Source: Hydrolagus affinis (Eukaryota). From it: DNA of 64,000 bases. The stretch is taken from the NCBI GenBank assembly GCA_012026655.1, contig JAAILG010000036.1, positions 1-64,000 on the forward strand, given 5' to 3'. A program made the position numbers and the translations under genes. The notes beneath the pieces are model-generated. The model ran no database searches and was not told where the DNA came from. It saw nothing but the letters and a program-made list of their open reading frames with translations. Positions 60,581-64,000 of the stretch are shown one piece after another; the first letter of the stretch is position 1, and the number at the start of each line of letters is the position of its first letter.

Positions 60581-63500
60581 CAACATAGCTCAGCATTGTC
60601 AACTTTAAAGATTTAGTGTTTAACAGGTTAAACTTTTCACTACTGCATTACTAATGCTGACGATCCCATCATTTCCAGATTGCACATTCCAAACAGACAA
60701 ACTGTTCTACGTTCTATACATTGTTCTTGTTTGATTTCTGGCAGTCGGCCCTTTTTTTTAACTTTTGGCAGTCCTTTAACAATAAGCATATGTGAATTTT
60801 ACAGCTTTACAATTGGCAGAAGTTTTGGAATCTCCTTTTAGGAAAGCATGACATCTATTTTTAGACTTTTATTTATTCCATGCAAAGTTTATTGACATGT
60901 GAAATAGAGTGAAATACTTCTGCAATTGTGTAATATGCTCTTTAAATATCACATTTTTCTTTCAAAAAATCTCAATTTAATTGTATTGGTGACATATAGA
61001 AATGTTCACGGCTGGGAATGAGTCAGGGAATTTCAGTAAGAGAGCCATCATCTTGAATTGTAGGTTGAAAATATCTATGTCCCTGCGATCATATGCATAT
61101 TTTGTCTACTTTTTGTGAAGAGTGACTGCATTCACTTTTCAGTCCACATATTTCACCTAAACAACAATATCAACTTACATTTATAAACCACCATTCATTT
61201 AGAGATAGGTCTCAGCAAACTTATGCCAACTGTTGGAGTAAGGAAATTCCATCTGGGTCTAGATTTACTCTATTCACGAGCATTTCAGGGCATTCAGAAG
61301 TTATCGTATTCTCAAATACCATTAATTGTGAAGTAAGTTTTAATTTTTTTTGTTAGGACTACAAAAAATAGACTTTATAGTTAAAACCAAATTAGACAAT
61401 TTTCCAAACTGCCAAAAATAAATAATTTATTATTATTGTTGTAAATTCCACACACTTTAAAATGTTACACTGATGGAGTAATGTGTAAACCAAGATGCAG
61501 TTTCTATGCACAGATTGGTATAAACTGAAGCCCATTAGTATTGCTGTTGCTGAAGCATTGGTGATTTTTATGTAGCTCCAGATGTTAAATAGTACACAGT
61601 AGTTGGCTACTGCTGAGTAATATGTCATTATGTATTTTAACCTACTTCCTCGTCTTTTATTTTGAAAATCACTTAACACTTAACATGTGTGGAAAGAATA
61701 TTTGCTAATAGATTTGTTATATGATGGCCAACATCAAAAATGATGCTGCCTGATGCAAATACTGAGGTTGTTTTTAGTTGGACTGTTGATTGTTTAAATA
61801 ACAGGAGGCAAAGAATATTTCTGTCTTACTATTGGTGTATTGTTACATTGCACAACATATCCCCATACCCCCAAATAGCAATCAAACTATTGAAGCTCTT
61901 ATAATGGAAGAAGATTAACAGCCTGGTATATAAAGGTGCTAAGTACTGCTAAGTCATGGAAACTGGAAGGTTGCAGGATCAAACCTAGTATGTACTGTCC
62001 TGTGTTATTTGGTCTCAATTGAGGCTCTACAATTTTACAGGTTAAAGTGAGGGAGAATAAAGTGGGGATCCCACTTCTGATTTTGGTGTTGTTCCTTGAA
62101 GGGCAAGATCAGATTGAGCTTCACTGAAGCTCACTATTTTGGCTCACATATGGAGAATGTGTGATGCACCCATAAGCTATATATATCCTTGTGCCTATTA
62201 ATGGTTTGGGGAGAGGAGGATAGAAAATTGCCCCAAATATATTGAAAATATTAAAACTGTAGACTTTGCAGCAATCTTTCTCCGTAATTTTTCCAAAAGT
62301 CCAGTTTAATTGTTCGATTGTACCTACTTTTGTCTAACTTGCTGCTGTCCCCAACCAGAGAAACCAAAAATGAAGTTGCTCTGTTATGTAAAAGAAAACT
62401 GTTTTCAAAAAACCAAGGGTCTCTCTGGGATAAATGAACTTAAGACCTGATGGAATCTCGGATTGGAGATAGAGTAAGTGGAAAAAAAACAAGATCCTTG
62501 TCCACCCAGTGATCAGATTAAAAATACATATATGTTTGCAATAATTTTCTTTTAGTTGCCACACAAATGCAAGTTGCAATTGGTTGGAAGATTCTTGACC
62601 TATCAAAACATTCATTTTGTTTTCCTTTTACTTTCTTTAATCTTTCTCATTGTCTAACTAAGCGCTGTACTTTATGAGAGTTGTGTGTGGTAACACACAG
62701 ATGCGCATAGGAAATCATTATAACTATGGGAACAGTCTAAACGCCTGCATTCATCCTTCTGTATTTTTTTCACTATGTAAAAGAGGAAACGGCCATCGTG
62801 AAGGATTAATGACAAGGAAGCCAATCTCTTCTAGTCTTCAAAGAAAAAAAGGATTGCCTGCAAGCAATTAAACTTCTGAGATTGTAATATCTTTTGACCC
62901 GGCGGAAAGAAACAATTAAATTCAAATCACGTCCAGTGAACATCTGGACAAATTTGAGCAAATGATTTTTCAGCCTCTTTTTAATCTTTGGAGGAAGTTT
63001 GGATCTCTTTTTGTCAACAATATTAAAGGTAGAGAGACAGTGGTATATTTTCATGTTATTTTTCCTTTGACCTTTGAGTTGATTGAAACTCGTTTGAGGT
63101 CGTTAGAAATTGGGATTTATGTGGGATTTTTTCAGCCCCCCAACTTTGGTCTTCTGGAAGCCAAGGCTTTAATTTATAGAATGCTGGTTCAACAGGTTGT
63201 AACCTTTAAACGCTCTAGAGTTTGCAATTGATGGTTTCCGAAACAAAATACACACGCCAAAATATTCGAAAAATAAACCCAAACGATTTGCTTCAATAGA
63301 CCACGTAACGCAACTAGCACTTAGTTCCCTGTGTGCATCAACTACAGTATAAGACAATATATTGGTTGAAAGAACACACGAGCGTGGGGTGGCAGTAGCT
63401 TTGTATGCGTGAGAAATAGTCAAATGCTAATTTATGGGGTTGAAAGACAAGTCGCTTTTACCTCGTGTAAGTACATCACATTGTATGAGAGTGCATTTCG

Positions 63501-63594
63501 TTTAGCCCTTCAACTTGTAACCGTGATTCACTGTTTACTGCAGATGGCTATCCTGCAAATCTCCATTTAACAGCAGAATAAGTGAGTAACTCAC

Positions 63595-63729
63595 TTTGTG
63601 GCCAGGATCATATTCTTTCGGGAGTGCAGCTCGCTGGGGTCTGTGTGCTGTCTGTTCAGGTAGTCAGCGGCAGCTTTGGCGGGGAACTCCGTCTCACAGA
63701 TGTACCCAAAATCTCGGGCTAAATGAACG
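63595..63729 (-). CDS. TFAP2B: AP-2 transcription factor (TFAP2B-like), penultimate coding exon (partial; acceptor in N gap)
   Basis: Translates to [45 protein letters not shown], the AP-2 helix-span-helix region. It ends ACA AA|GTGAGT (donor GT at 63594-63593), phase 2, matching the next exon. Confidence 0.93.
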
Positions 63730-63829
63730 NNNNNNNNNNNNNNNNNNNNNNNNNNNNNNNNNNNNNNNNNNNNNNNNNNNNNNNNNNNNNNNNNNNNNNN
63801 NNNNNNNNNNNNNNNNNNNNNNNNNNNNN
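63730..63829. other. Assembly gap (100 N) covering the exon's splice acceptor
   Basis: Run of N directly abutting AP-2 coding sequence. Confidence 1.
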
Positions 63830-64000
63830 GAAAAAGCAAAACCCTAAACGTACAGTAATGTTGCCTTGGAGTTTGGCAGGATGAATAGCTTCGAGATTTA
63901 CCCACTAATACAAAAGTGGAACTTCCTGATGTAATTCGCTATGTTTCTTTGCCCTGGTTTTTCACCCCTGCTTTATTTTGCAGGCCAAGTGGATATGGGA

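Larger units (their letters stand above)
58845..63594 (-). other. TFAP2B: Last intron of TFAP2B-like gene (4750 bp, GT-AG, phase 2)
   Basis: Canonical donor GTGAGT and acceptor with pyrimidine tract; frame is preserved across the junction. Confidence 0.9.

Noticed and set aside
63830-63905. N-terminal part of ORF 63591..63905 (MGKSRSYSS...)
   Set aside because: Intronic sequence joined to the exon only by reading through Ns; no AP-2 similarity.

Overview
Eukaryotic (vertebrate) genomic DNA, AT-rich and repeat-dense. The repeat complement (L2/CR1 LINE remnants, Deu-type and tRNA-derived SINEs with L2-like tails) points to a cartilaginous fish, probably a chimaera such as Callorhinchus (inference). 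The only supportable host coding sequence is the last two coding exons of an AP-2 transcription factor gene, best matching TFAP2B, on the minus strand (63595-63729, acceptor lost in an N gap; 58547-58844). The rest is its last intron, a probable long 3' UTR and about 50 kb of downstream gene-poor DNA. That DNA holds L2, CR1 and RTE LINE fragments, a young tRNA-headed SINE, older Deu-SINEs, Tigger/pogo-like non-autonomous DNA transposons, microsatellites, two 100-N gaps and several repeat-free, motif-dense blocks that look like conserved enhancers. Most ORFs in the track are spurious or TE remnants. I found no convincing wholly new biological system. The best second-look items are TSD-flanked tail-only L2 insertions, an RTE element with a long 3' region rebuilt from nested pieces, a MITE/parent deletion pair, and candidate TFAP2B enhancers. 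Repeat boundaries were read by eye and are approximate unless TIRs or TSDs are given.
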